64,000 bases of DNA. Source: Tubiluchus corallicola (lineage: Eukaryota; Animalia; Priapulida). Shown here piece after piece: positions 11,274 to 23,761 of the stretch. The notes below the pieces were generated by a model. The model was not told where the DNA came from and made no database searches. It saw only the letters and a list, made by a program, of their open reading frames with translations. A program made the position numbers and the translations under genes. The stretch is from positions 690,660-754,659 of the forward strand of contig JAQGDQ010002366.1 of NCBI GenBank assembly GCA_030141605.1. The letters run 5' to 3'. The first letter of the stretch is position 1; the number at the start of each line of letters is the position of its first letter.

Positions 11274-11840
11274 AGGAAAGGACAAGTCATTTAGCGTGTT
11301 GGGATAATTTTACTGTTATCACTTAAGCTTACAAAAATATAATAAGATCATTATAATAATCGTTACGAAATAATAAAAAAAATCGTCTATAAAGCTTTAC
11401 GTTAATTTATACTATGACTGTTTAAAAATGTTCAGGCACAGTGGTTTTAGAAATATTCGGACACGGTGGTTGCTGCCATTCACTTGAAATTATGATGTAA
11501 CTGGTAGACTTCTTCACTTTTCGTAAGCGCATCTCACCTTTCTGGAATTCAGGTTGCATAATGCTCATGCAAATATATCACAAAATTAATTAATTTTTTT
11601 GTAAAAACTTATTATACTTTTAACGGAAATTGAAGTGTGCTGCTTTTGTTCAGCCGATGGATGTCATTGGTGGATGAATGGGCGTTTAAAATGGGAGCAC
11701 CCAAGCATGAAACGATCGTGACTCTAAAGTGATTTTACTAACTACATGAGATGCTTATCACATTTTTGTTATTAAATCCTTCTATCATTTCTCATGAACA
11801 TTGAAATAAGCCTGACTTTCCTAAAGGCCTGGCCTTTCCT
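11274..11840. mobile_element. Non-autonomous TTAA-inserting DNA transposon (Kolobok-like MITE)
   Basis: Left end TTAA|AGGAAAGGACAAGTC; right end GGCCTGGCCTTTCCT|TTGA. Imperfect ~15-20 bp TIRs starting with RR, and a TTAA/TTGA target duplication. Confidence 0.65.
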
Positions 11841-13131
11841 TTGAGGTTTCAAAGACGTTTATGATTTTCATAAGCCATTTTCATGTCCATGAAAATTGCC
11901 CAGAAGCTGTCAAACAGCATCCCCTAATTCTCATCTTTATAGCTATATTATATAAAATGAAATCAAGGTTATGCAATGATTACATTTAACTACGTTTAAA
12001 GGATTTATTTTATACATGTATATCCATTATAATTTTGAACAATTACTTGAAATTTTTGGACAATTTTGTTGTCATTAAAAAAGAGAAATAAGAATAATTT
12101 GTATTAAATTCCAAATGATTTAATTGGGAACTGATTTCAATATTGACAAATGCTATTAAAATCACTACATGGCTGAAACATTTTAATTTAATAGCTTTTT
12201 AAAAGATTTTTAATATTCATAGTGATTTTAACTTGTAGTTAGAAAAGCTCACTTATGCTCAGGTTAATGGATACACAGATGCATAGAGTATTCAAAATTT
12301 ATTTGAAAATGATAATAGGGTAATACCTTTATAACATATTGGTGTGAGAGGAGTCAAGCGGTCACAGTGTGTGCTTAGTGACCAAAATCAAGAAGTAACA
12401 GCAGGCCTGGTTGGTAGATTTTTGGACAGTTTAAATTGCGTTGCCGTAAGTGCATTGTGTGATGATATGTGTAAACTACTCTAACTTATATGTGTAGTTT
12501 AACCTTCACAATTTTGTTACATAATACCTATATGACATACACTTTTTATTGTACTGTATACACACACACATTTTGTCCGTCCAGAATAAACTCCTATGAA
12601 TTACAATGCATACTTCCATAATATTGTTATGATAAAAAGTGCTTGATGATGTATGATTTATTAAAATAATCTTTCATGACTAAAATTTAAATTAAAAAGT
12701 ACAAACTACAAATGTACTGGAAAGCAATCAAGTGGCTTAACAGTTTGGTACAAACAACAGCACAAAATAGTTTATTATGCTATACAAATGAAAGTCCAAC
12801 TGTTTAATATACATATCACTGTTCTGAATGTGAACAAAATGAGTAACAGCATTCATGATTGAACAAAACAAAGCCTTCTGTTTGTTTGATCTGTTTGGCA
12901 CATCACACAGATAACATACATCGTTTTTAATTAATAATTATTAATAGGTCTTATTTAATAATAATTCTGTTTTCTGAGATATTTTGCCATATTTTGTACA
13001 GTATTTGCACTAATTTGATCCTGACTGGACCACTTTTTACCAAAGATGTACTTTGGGAATATGCGTAATCTGACAGGTTTCCTTGCAGTCGAAAACAAAT
13101 AATAATCATGATTTTTCACTGACAAAGAACT

Positions 13132-13308
13132 TCATATAGTGCGATTGTTGAGGGGCTTGTAATTTTCCTCCTGTATTCTATCTCTGTTTTTCTTCAAAAC
13201 TTGGCTAACAAAGTACTCACATTCAGGCCCACTGTTTGTCAAGCGCAGATCTATTTCTATTAGTGTGGTGTTTGACTGCATGCCTTGCTGAAGTTGCCTT
13301 CCACCTGC
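13132..13308 (-). CDS. TCTE1: TCTE1/DRC5 final coding exon
   Basis: AGGRQLQQGMQSNTTLIEIDLRLTNSGPECEYFVSQVLKKNRDR..stop matches the TCTE1 C-terminus (GGKQLLEGMSDNKTLLEFDLRL..ESEY). Acceptor TTCCTAG. Confidence 0.93.
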   Translation of the reverse strand, partial: AGGRQLQQGMQSNTTLIEIDLRLTNSGPECEYFVSQVLKKNRDRIQEENYKPLNNRTI

Positions 13309-14484
13309 CTAGGAATAAATAAGTATTGTTTATGAGCCAAATTATTCAAACAAAGAGTTTGACGTGCCACAAAAACACTTGCATTTCATGCAATGAATAA
13401 CAAATCAGTAAACCTTTATGAATAACGAAGAATCTGTACAATCACATTAAAAGGGAGACAGTGCTTAAAGTTCAGAAGACGTTGCACTCATGCACCTTAT
13501 CTCATGTTGAGCTATCTGAACTGATTAATGAATGATTGATTCGCTGTTCTACTTGTTAATGCAAGTTTACTAAATTTTGTCAAGTGTTTATCAAATAACT
13601 ATAAAATTATTGGCACATTTAAGTTGAAGAAAATCATCTTTAAGACCAGTCTTATATCCAAATCAGGAATTGTCTTTGGAAATGCAATACAGAACTTCTT
13701 GTTTCAGATATTTTTTATCTAAGCCTCATCCTACCACTAAGTGGGGTCCTATTGAACCAGTGTTAGTAGGATTAGGGTTAACACTAGAGATCTGCTTTCA
13801 TATGGGGCAAGTACTGTCCCTCAAAAAGAGCAAGGGAGCCAAAAATTTATTATTTTTAAGCATATTTAACCTATGATAAAAATTCACTACTGGTTATGGA
13901 TCGATCGATTTATTGTATCTATTCAAACTTGATTTTTCATTTTGCAGTTGAATAGTGAAGTATACCCTATGCACTGGGCTTAATGCTGGCACCGTTTTAT
14001 GTGAAACAAAAGTACTTTTGACGGTGCTTTAACACTAATACTTAACTAAAGAATTCAAATAGCTGTTTCAAATTTCACCTCCAACTTCTTCAATTGACAA
14101 TTATACTACTCCACTAAAGGTCTTTCAATTCAAACTTTTTTAAAATTGTTTAGTTGTTGTGTTTCTCTTTTTAGTCTGGTATGCTGTGCGCTTGTCAAGT
14201 AGTTCATTCAGAACTTCTGCAGATTAAATAACCTATACATTTTTGAAAAAGTAAGGGCATGTTTAATCCGAAAACTCTCATTTTTTTTAAAATTCCTAAG
14301 GCGACCATCTTCTTTCCCAAAATGTACTACATTACAGAACGACAAAAAATAACTAATTACAGTATTATTATATTCAACTAATTTGTTGCTGCTTGGTCTA
14401 TTCTTGCACTAGAATTTTAGCCCTTCAAAGGGTGCTTGTATAATAATATGTAACCCAACTGTTAGGTACTAAAAATATACATAC

Positions 14485-15131
14485 CGCTCCTAATTTGTTA
14501 CAGGATAAGTTGAGAATTTCTAATTTTTTATTGTCGATTAACATATTCAGCAAAGCGTCTCCAGCTTCATTATCAATATCATTGCTTGCAACATTCAGGG
14601 TTTTTATAGACTGGTTTTTGGTGAGTCCTACAAACATAGCTTTAGCACCTTCACTGGAAATCTTGTTTAATCTGAGGTTGAGCACTTCCAGTGTGTCATT
14701 TGATGGCAAAACATTAGCAAGTGCTTTCCCTCCTTTTGCCTTGATGCTGTTGTTTACAAGCACCAGCTTCTTTATTTTGCTGTGGCCATCTAAAAGGTTT
14801 GCAATAAACTTCGCGCCATCATTGCGGATAATATTATGTGAAAGATCCAAATGTTCTAGAGTCGGATGGTCCATGATGCCATTCGCAAGCATCTCACAAC
14901 GTTGATCATCTATCTTACTTTGATAAATGTGCAGCAGTCGCAGTGCGGAACAATTGACTAAACAGCGACTAAGATTCCTACAATCCGGCAGCGTGAATAA
15001 GAAAAGGTTCCATTGAAAATTCATGCCACAATTGCGTGCTTGGTATGTTATATGAAACTCTTTTAAATTCGGCAGCTTCGTGATGATTGGGCCAAAGTCA
15101 AAATGTTCCGTGCTTGCAGCTTCATCTTCTC
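14485..15131 (-). CDS. TCTE1: TCTE1/DRC5 coding exon 3 (RI-like LRR domain)
   Basis: NCGMNFQWNLFLFT, HPTLEHLDLSHN, LNLRLNKI and LNLSCNKLG are TCTE1 motifs. TGTAG acceptor and GTATGT donor. Confidence 0.97.
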
Positions 15132-15483
15132 CTACAATGTAATTACAAAAATGATGAAAAGTTGCATAATTTCCTTTATTCATTTATTTATTTATTTATA
15201 CCATTTATTTGTACTCATGAGGTAGAATCAATACAAAAGAAGAGCTTGAACAAATTGGAACAGAAAATCATCACTTTTTTGAATAATACTTGAACTACTG
15301 TTCTTGTGGCTGTTCTGATTTGTAATGATTTGATCCTGGGATGTAGCATTTGAAATATTAATGATAGCCAAGCTATATGACTTTCGAATTCAGTCATGCT
15401 TTTGTGCGTTTATAGATTGATTTCATACTATGTCTTGATACAGTACTCTGTATCATGGTCTGTTGATTTCCCAGTGACAGACC

Positions 15484-15545
15484 TCTAGTGGCTTATGGTG
15501 TATTCTGAGCCTGAAAAATTGGATGGTCTTGGGTTTGAGTCCTGC
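15484..15545 (+). mobile_element. Degenerate tRNA-like SINE head in DRC5 intron
   Basis: A-box-like TAGTGGCTTATGG and B-box-like GGGTTTGAGTCC at typical spacing. Confidence 0.4.
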
Positions 15546-15679
15546 AAAAAATAGAGGTGCAAAAAATTTTTGGACTTTTAATGATTTAGTTATGCTTTTG
15601 TGCATTTAAATGATTGTTGTGTTTAAAGAGAATAACTTTACAGGCAACAGAAAAATTGTCCTTAATTAATTATACTAAC

Positions 15680-16060
15680 TTTCTTCTGGAATGCTATCCA
15701 ATTCTGATAACTCATCTAGAGTTGGGTGTGGTTCTTTAACAGGTGGCAGCACTTGCCTGATGATTAGACGCCCAATGAGATCTGGAGCTAAAACTAAAAC
15801 TTCTTCCACTGGTTTCAAGTCGGTTTCTCCCGGAATGATGTTTTCGAGAAGTTGTTCCAAATGGCGCTCGAACAGCATTCGTTTCCAACTACTACCAAAT
15901 GCTTTAAAGTCACAGACACTCCACCGTGCTGTACAGCATCTCTTCCAATAGGCATCATCCTGGATCAGAGGAGCAGTGATATGCAATGGAATGTCAGTTG
16001 AAATTTGTTCCAGAAGTTTCTTTTTATGCTTTGGCAACAGCTCTTCATAAATTGGATATT
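15680..16060 (-). CDS. TCTE1: TCTE1/DRC5 coding exon 2
   Basis: YPIYEELLPKHKKKLLEQISTDIPLHITAPLIQDDAYWKRCC..RW.VC..GSSWKRMLFERHLE..IPG. TGCAG acceptor and GTTAGT donor; phase 1/1. Confidence 0.97.
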
Positions 16061-16569
16061 CTGCAAAAATGAAATTAAAAGTTCTCATTATACATAAAAG
16101 ACTATCACAATGACACAGCAAGAGCACACCAATAAGATAAGAATCCAGTTTCATAAAAAAAACATCCTAAGTTTAGTTAAATGTGAGTTTAGGTATGTTT
16201 ACATTATGTTGACGCCAGCAGTAGCTTTACATAGTTTACAGCTAATTACTTAGCTGTGATTTTATTACTTCATATAAATACATCCAATAAGCATCTGAAA
16301 AAGAGAGAGATTTGAAACAGATTCTCAAATATGATGATCCTAGAACTGAAGCTGTTCTGGGGTAACCTCAATCTCATAATTTTTTTAGAGACTTAATTGG
16401 TATCTGTAGTATTGAATGACAACAATAAACTTTCAGATTATCCTTTAGCAATATGCAGCCTATGGGCATAAAGTAATCTCACGTTCATGGCTACTTAAAT
16501 TCACCATCTCAAGCACAACCAGTCAGTGAAAACAAAAAAAACAGCAATCATTAGCTGAATATTCACCAA

Positions 16570-17220
16570 CATATATATATATATAAGATTCGAGGCTACA
16601 GCACTGATGACGGCACCCTTTGCAGCAATCTATATATCAAATGAAAGGTCTCGATCCAGTACTTTACCATTGGGAGTTTATCTTTCAAATCGGAAATAGG
16701 AACTGTAACAAGCGGACTCCAGAAATGGCCCTTCCCGCCCGTATTTTGCAAAACTTATACTTCTTGTTTCTATAGAATGGGAATGGGCTGGGTGTGGAGC
16801 TGGCAATGGTTGCATAGCCTACTCAATGGAGGCAACGGAGTAGTACGCATATTTAGAATATGCGGGAGAGCCACGATTTCCCATAACGGGCGTTTTCCCA
16901 GAAGCTCTTGATTTTTTCAAAATTTTAGCCAAACAGCATGTAGAAAAAATGTTCTAGGAGCGCCTGATGGGCTCTCAGAAAGGGATACATAGCTCTTTAG
17001 AAAGAGGAGGAATGGGGTTACACGATGATGTGAGTTACATTTTAGTACGAGTCCACCAAAAGGACATGCGACAAGTTGATTAGCAGTTCCATTTTGGGTG
17101 ATTCTTGCTTAGAAGCTACAGTGACGTTTTCATTGTTTTGACGTCATTCCACTGTACTCTGTCCATAACTTTATAACTTTAATTCAGTAAAAGCAGCTGC
17201 AAGCATTATAATAGTAGTCT
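16570..17220. mobile_element. Probable non-autonomous DNA element (Helitron/MITE-like) in DRC5 intron
   Basis: Block that is abruptly more GC-rich, starting at (AT)n-AAGATTCG and carrying TATATCAAATGAAAGGTCTCG, a recalled transposon subterminal motif. Ends are not resolved. Confidence 0.3.
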
Positions 17221-17354
17221 ATTACGATCGAAAGGAGCAGTTTGCAAACACTATGTAGAATGTCCATGCATTACTGATCATTGGTGGATGGGTCTGATAG
17301 CTTTTGTCATAGCACACAGTTTCAACTTTGTACAAAATGTTTTGCATGGTTTTG

Positions 17355-17600
17355 CTATGATGCTGTGCTGTTGGTGTTGATGTCGTAGGTGTCATCGCTG
17401 TTATCGTCATCATCATCATGATTGCCACGAGTTGGGTGGGTTTGGTGTGGTGTGGTGTGGTATGGTGTAGTGTGTGTGGTGAATGTGGTGAGTATAATGT
17501 GGGTCGTATTGTGTGGGTGGTGTGGTGTAGGGGACATAGTGTGGGTGATGTGGTGAGGGTGGTGCGGTGTGGTTGGTGTGGGTTGTTATTGGTTGTGCAC
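17355..17600. repeat. Degenerate GT-rich (GTG/GTGTG)n low-complexity tract
   Basis: Visible periodicity. It generates the His/Thr/Pro-rich pseudo-ORFs at 17222-17657. Confidence 0.85.
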
Positions 17601-17664
17601 AAAATTCTTTTGCGGGGTTTCGCTAGTTATTATTATTATTACAACTACCATACTTAATACTTAC

Positions 17665-17839
17665 CAGCAAAATTGTCTACAATGACTTGCAAGCAAATCT
17701 GAGACAAAGTCGGGATAATCTCCAGTGACCATTCCGGGTCTTCAGCTATGATATACCTCATTTTTCTAGGATCGGGTGCCAAGGTACCGGACTGTTTCTT
17801 ATGTGTAACTGATGGCAAATGTAACATGTCCATTGTCAT
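17665..17839 (-). CDS. TCTE1: TCTE1/DRC5 coding exon 1
   Basis: ..DPRKMRYIIAEDPEWSLEIIPTLSQICLQVIVDNF matches the TCTE1 signature RRMRRIIAEDPEWSL. Donor GTAAGT. An acceptor at 17863-17864 implies an upstream UTR exon. Summed CDS is 1380 nt. Confidence 0.95.
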
Positions 17840-19559
17840 TGATTACAGCAATAAGCCTGAACCTGTACATAAAACATAAGTATTATTATACACATGCTGA
17901 GTCCACAAATTCCCTGCACAATTCAATCATAGTTAGTATATGTGTGCTTGCAAAACAAAACCACCCATAAGTCGACATGCTTAAAAGTCGACGTTATGAT
18001 GCTTCAAAGTAGAATGCATTAAAAATTTGGTCAAATGTCAATTAAAAACAACACTAAACATATTGGTCTTTTATATTCTAGCATCAAATTACAAGAAAAT
18101 GTTCACCAAATACTAAAGTAAAAATCTAATTTTATAACCCCATACCCACTTTTCTGGCTAGAAACTAGTACTGCAATAATAAAAAACTGGTATTTTAAAA
18201 CTCCGATAATAGCTCGTGGAAGCAGTGATTTTGCTTCGGGTTTTTCCTGCTGCCAAGCCCAGATCTTCATCAGGAAGGGTCATCTACTGGATTTAAACAT
18301 AATTTCCAGATGCTCTTGTAAACTCCATAATGACCACACTTTCATACAGTTGCTAAGTGTTTTGCAGAAATGGCTAACTTTAACAGGGATTTGCAAGATG
18401 TTTTGTTTTTCATTGTGCAGCATGCAATTCAACTTCAATGTGGATTATCTGAGCAGCTTAAAAATAACATAGAGTGATGAGCTTAGTATCAAAATGATCC
18501 TCACGAAAGAGAGATTCAGGATATGTATATAACTAGAAAAGCTTAACTGTCAACTTATGAACGATTTGCTATGCAAGCACATATATTATGGAGTGAGTCA
18601 TATTATAGGATGCCTATCAAACAGCTACATTGCAGGCATTTTTTACCTCAGCAACCAAAAGCTTGATATTACCCTTAGCAAACTTCAGACAATTAACTTT
18701 TTGATATTAAAGTTTTCACAGTCAGGGATGATGTCAAATTTCCAATGTAATGCATGTATGTTTCTTCCAACGCACTGGCCACTACTTTGCTTTACACTTA
18801 CCACCAATTAACTACAGACAGCTTGAGAAAATAAATGCAAAATAGAATACAAGAAACTCTACAGCATAAATTAAAAAAATATGTAAACATTTTTGACAGA
18901 CTCTGAAGGAAAAAGAACAATTTTGTTAAATTTTTTGTATTTTATTTTGGTTTGGGAACATTCTTAGGATTTCTGTTTGACTTGTTTCGGTGTCTGTCTG
19001 AGTAATCATTTTTTCATTAATTATAGTTATACATAACATTGCTTAGTTTCTCCCAACATCAAAAGATTTGTCAACACATGTACTGAGTGATGCATCGGTA
19101 CCACAAGTGGTTTTGACTTTCAGCATAATTTACTGTAAACACGTTATTTAACATCAAACATTTTATTATATCAACCAGTATATGAATTTTATTACTATTA
19201 GTCTATGCAGTATGTGCAGAAGGAACAATCATTTACACTTTTTGATTCCTTCAAACAGTCAGAGTCTTGAGAGATCTAGACTCTAGTCTAGAACAGTGCA
19301 TACATAATTACAACGCCATAAGAGAAATCTATTATTATCGAATTTTCTTAGCTTTTATCTTGTTTTGTTAGTCTGTTTTAGGACTTGATGCTCGTTGACA
19401 AATTTCACTTTGTTATTTGGCAATAAGATATCAAAATAAAGCTTATTTATATGTTACTCTAATTTTAGTACCTTTCGTTTGTTACCTTAGGCTTTACTAA
19501 AAATTAACTTTTACAAAAAAATTAACTTTACACAAAAAAATCTTCAATTTAGATCTTAC

Positions 19560-19680
19560 GTCTGTTTATTATCTATATCAAGCTCTAATGCACAAAAAAC
19601 TCGCCAAAGTCTGAGTTAACTATTAATGCAAATCTCTAATGTTCGAACAAGGCTCTGCAATCTGGACCAAAACGCTGTCG
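19560..19680 (-). other. TCTE1: Putative non-coding first exon of DRC5
   Basis: Minus-strand donor G-A-C|GTAAGA at 19559 lies just downstream of the X-box and a CpG-richer patch. The first coding exon has an acceptor before its ATG. Confidence 0.5.
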
Positions 19681-19682
19681 CT

Positions 19683-19695
19683 GTTCCCTAGCAAC
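19683..19695 (-). promoter_or_regulatory. RFX X-box (GTTGCTAGGGAAC)
   Basis: Fits the imperfect-palindrome X-box GTTGCY-N-RGNAAC and lies at the inferred 5' end of a motile-cilium gene. Confidence 0.7.
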
Positions 19696-20130
19696 TCACT
19701 GCAAAAAAGTGTTCCTTGACTGGCGCAAAAGTTGTAATAAAACGCATTCACTACGCCACGTCATGACGTAGACTGCGGCTCCCCAAAATAATATAAGGTC
19801 GTTACTATTTTCACAGTTACTATTAGCACTTAGCAGATAGGTTAATGATTGCACATAGCTTTGAATCAGGTTTTTCTCGATTTTTTGTCAAAAACTTTCT
19901 TCATTAATAAACTATAATTCATTTTCTGAAAAAAGAAAACGTTGATACCCAAACCATGGTATGAACGTCTTAGCTTACAGATTTATCTCTGAGCACATAT
20001 AGTTCGGGACACTTTAGATTTAGGTATAATCACCGTCTTAGGCCCATTTACGCCCATTTCATAACTCTAAATTGAGCAATACGGCACGCTAAATTGCATA
20101 CACGCTCCAGCGAGTGTGCTAGCCTTCCTA

Positions 20131-22562
20131 TAACTTTCAGATGTGCACATAATGCAAAGTGATTCAGCATATGAAAAATTTCACGAAATGTTAAGCAATA
20201 TTTACCATACTCATGTTAAAACTTCAGCTGACCAATTACTACCTAAAATAAAAAACCTTGGGTAACTAAAGCTATGTTAAAAAGCATTCAACATAAAAAC
20301 AAACTTTATCGATCTGTGCTTAAAAACAAAATCAACAAGGAACAATGTACACAGTACAGAAATCAACTTACTAATTTGATAAAAATTTCTAAGCAAAACT
20401 ATTATCAACAGAAATTACTAACTTATCAAAATAATATAAAAAAAACCTGGAATGTAATGAAGGAATTGATGCATAAATCTCGTGAATCCTTGCCTGCTTC
20501 TATAAAAGTAAATGACCATTTAACTAATGACAAAAATATAATTGCTAATGCTTTTAATGACTACTTTGTAAACATTGGCCCTTTATTATCAAACAACATT
20601 GAACCTACAAATACTGACCCAAATTCTTATCTTAAAGGAAATTACCCACATTCCTTCTTCTTTCAACCTGTAACTAAAGATGTTACTGCAAGTCATTCCA
20701 CCCAAATAAAAGTACCGGTATTGATCAGCTCTCTCCCAGAATAATGCTTGATATTATTGAATATATTGCCATACCTTTAACCCATATTATTAATTTATCA
20801 CTTACCTCTGGAATTGTCCCTAATAAGCTAAAGCAGTCCATAATAGTTCCTATTCATAAAGCTGATGATCCACACTTTATAAATAATTATAGGCCCATTT
20901 CGTTACTGCCATGTTTTTCGAAAATTATTGAGAAATGTGTGTCTTTGCAACTTACAGATTATTTACATAAACAAGGCAGTACTACAGAAATGGCTTTAAT
21001 TGATATGCTGACCAACATAATCAGAGATATTGAAGATAATAATTTATCTGTGAGTATTTTCTGTGATCTATCAAAAGCTTTTGGCACTGTTGATCATAAA
21101 ATTTTAATTAACAAATTATACCACTATGGAATAAGAGGTGTTGCGAATAATTGGTTTGTAAGTTACCTATCTGGCAGGTTACAAGCAGTAAAGTATAATA
21201 ACTATATATCTAACTCAAAATTAATATCTTGTGGTGTTCCACAAGGGTCGATACTTGGCCCACTCTTGTTTCTTGTGTACATTAATGATATAAAACATTG
21301 TATTAATAATGGAAAAATCCTGCAGTTTGCTGATGACACCAGTTTAATATTTAAATAATACAATACTGTTAATGAAGCTGAAATAAACAATGAATTGCAG
21401 CAAATATCAAACTGGTTTAGGAGTAATAAATTATCACTAAATGCTTCCAAAACTAAATTTGTAGTTTTTAGATCAAGAAACAAGAGAATGCCAAATTTGA
21501 CATTACAAATTGAAAATAGTTATATTCAACAAGTAAAACAGATTAAATTCTTAGGTATTGTCATACATGAACACTTAGACTGGCAATCACATATCTCTTA
21601 CATCAGACTTAAAATTGCTAAAAATATAGGCATCATTACTCACATTAAACACAGTCTTTCGAAAGAACACTTACTAATCTTGTATAATAGTCTGGTTTTA
21701 CCTTATCTCAATTACTGCAGCATTATTTGGGGCCCCACATATCCATCTAAACTAATATGCTTAAAAACGTTGCAACGAAAATTTTTAAGGTTAATGTATG
21801 GCCTAATGAAACGTAGTGAAGTACCTTTACTTCTTTACCGTGAATGTAGAATTATGCAATTAGATGATTTAATCAAATTGAATATTGCAGTATTCATGTA
21901 TAAATGCAATTATAGACTATTTCCTAAGTTTTTTGCAATTCCTGTCAAATTGACATCTAAGAGACATAATACAAGATTTAATCAATACATTGTGCCTTTC
22001 TGTAGAACCAACATAGCTAAACATTTTATAATATATCAAGGACCAAAAGTCTGGAATGAGATTTGTCAATCTGCAAAAAATAGCAGATCTATTACTAGAT
22101 TTAAAATAATGCTAAAAAATCAAATTTTAAGTAAGTATCAGTGAGCAATTAAAATTTCTATCTGTATCCATCCTCACAGTAGTTGCAAAACAGTGGTGTT
22201 AACTTAATCAAGTTATTTTAATTTTACATACTATTAAAAAATAATAGTCTTTCTATCTTTTATATCATTCCATATATGAGTTTCATTCATTACATCATTC
22301 CATTTTAAGCACTAACGTTTTTTTTTATCACGATTCACTTTAAATTTTCAGATTATCTCCATTACTTTCTTTTTCTCTATCACTGTGTGGGACAATCAAA
22401 CAAGCCCTGCTTTTTGATTGCCCACAACACATTTACATTCGTGTATAAGTAAATAGTGCTTGAGGCTTTTCTGTGCAGTATTTTTTATTTGTATTATATC
22501 CATTGTAGGCCCTTTCACTGATATTGTATATGTAACCTGTAAATGTGTATGGTGAAATAAAT
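20131..22562 (+). mobile_element. 5'-truncated CR1/L2-group LINE, ORF2 RT pseudogene plus 3' UTR
   Basis: Motifs KPWVTK, KKTWNVMKE, YRPISLLPCFSKIIEK, DLSKAFGTVDH, GVPQGSILGPLLFLVYIND, FADDT, KFLG, LYNSLVLPYLNYCSIIWG, GPKVWN. Frameshift near 20690, in-frame TAA at 21356-21358, missing QxGFR segment. AATAAA at ~22556. Confidence 0.93.
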
Positions 22563-22819
22563 GACTATAGTGACTTTCTAACATTGTTGACGGTTAAAAG
22601 CCCGATTTAGAACGAGCCAGTTGAAAAATTTAAATAAACTAAAACAGTAGCTATTAATGTAATGGCCCCGCTTAGTTGAAATGATGCATCTTGTCATTTT
22701 AACTTTATCTAAGTATAGAACAAATGTAATGTCCTAAACAGGTAACAGTTTAAGCATTAGAGCGGTAAAGCCATGTATGCTGCGCTTCTGTTAGATACAA
22801 TTAAAAATCACTTACTTAA

Positions 22820-23250
22820 ATAGCTCTCCACGCTATGAGACGCATAAGGTCTACCCTCTTTCTTTCCAATCCAATCCTTCCTGCCTTTGCAACTGCTTTG
22901 GCTTCTCCCATCTCATGCAACTCCTTTGTGTTCCCACTCTCTTTCTCCATGTCATTTACGGTCTTCCCTTCGCCCTCCTGTCTTCCGCTGCCTACTTAAT
23001 CTAACTTATTCGCTTCTTGTCATCTTCCATACCTCGCTTTCATGCAATTGTACCGCGACAGTCAGCCATTTCAATAGCTTCATTTTCTTTCTCGCACAAA
23101 TCTTTTTTGCTCGTCAGATCTTGCCAAGTATTTAATACGCTGCCCTTGCCTTGCTTGGTCAGCTTGCTATATCCTGTGTTCATCCACCAACAACTTGGAC
23201 ATTGTCCGATGATTTTCACTCCCAGGTATCCTTTTCTAGGTACATCCAGC
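22820..23250 (-). mobile_element. RTE-clade LINE 3' remnant with internal deletion
   Basis: Minus-strand fragments YLGVKI, KARAA, LHESEVWKMT, RAKGRP*MTWRK, WEK and terminal LCVS resemble the RTE C-terminus. Confidence 0.7.
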
Positions 23251-23468
23251 GAAAATGTTAAAAGTTAGTGTACTATTAAAACTGAAATTACAATTTAAAC
23301 ATAATTATACAGTAAACTAATTATGCGCATGCATTTCGAACCATACTAAACTAAAAGTTGAGTAAAACTAATACTAAAAAAATAAAAAAATTATTACTAA
23401 AGAAAATAAAAAACAAAAATTTGACTGAGTAAAATAAAGATTAATTATTTTGAAAAGGTTTGATAATA

Positions 23469-23761
23469 AATAAAAACACCTGCGATGATATCTGCAACAT
23501 ATTTAAAGGTAATATTTACATACTTACCCTAAAAAATAAAGTAAACGTTCGAAATCAACCGATTTCACGTATTTATACTAACAAATAATGAAAACATTTC
23601 GAAAGAAACCGATTTCATTGTTAGGAAGAGCTATTGAAGATCATTTCACTTACGGACGATGAAATCGGTTGATTTGGAAACGTTTACTTAATTTTTTAGC
23701 GTAATATGTAAATATTACCTATAAATATGGTTAAAAAGGCATTATTATCGGTGTTTTTATT
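23469..23761. mobile_element. Foldback/MITE with ~100-bp imperfect TIRs
   Basis: 23469-23567 is the inverted copy of 23660-23761 (AATAAAAACACC..AGGTAATATTTACATA..CTAAAAAAT.AAGTAAACGTT..AAATCAACCGATTTCA). Confidence 0.85.

Noticed and set aside
14495-14905. 136-aa plus-strand ORF
   Set aside because: Antisense shadow of the DRC5 LRR exon. Likewise 15691-15951, 42098-42386, 7857-8072 and 9174-9386.
16595-16655. CTGATGA..GAAA hammerhead candidate
   Set aside because: There is no stem II closing onto the GAAA and no matching stem III.
18225-18275. Hammerhead-like CTGATGA..GAAG on the minus strand
   Set aside because: The second core motif is GAAG rather than GAAA, stem II is weak, and there is no stem I/III pairing.
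20097-20125. Helitron 3' end (hairpin + CTAG)
   Set aside because: CTAG abuts the hairpin and is followed by C rather than T, and no matching 5' TC end was identified.
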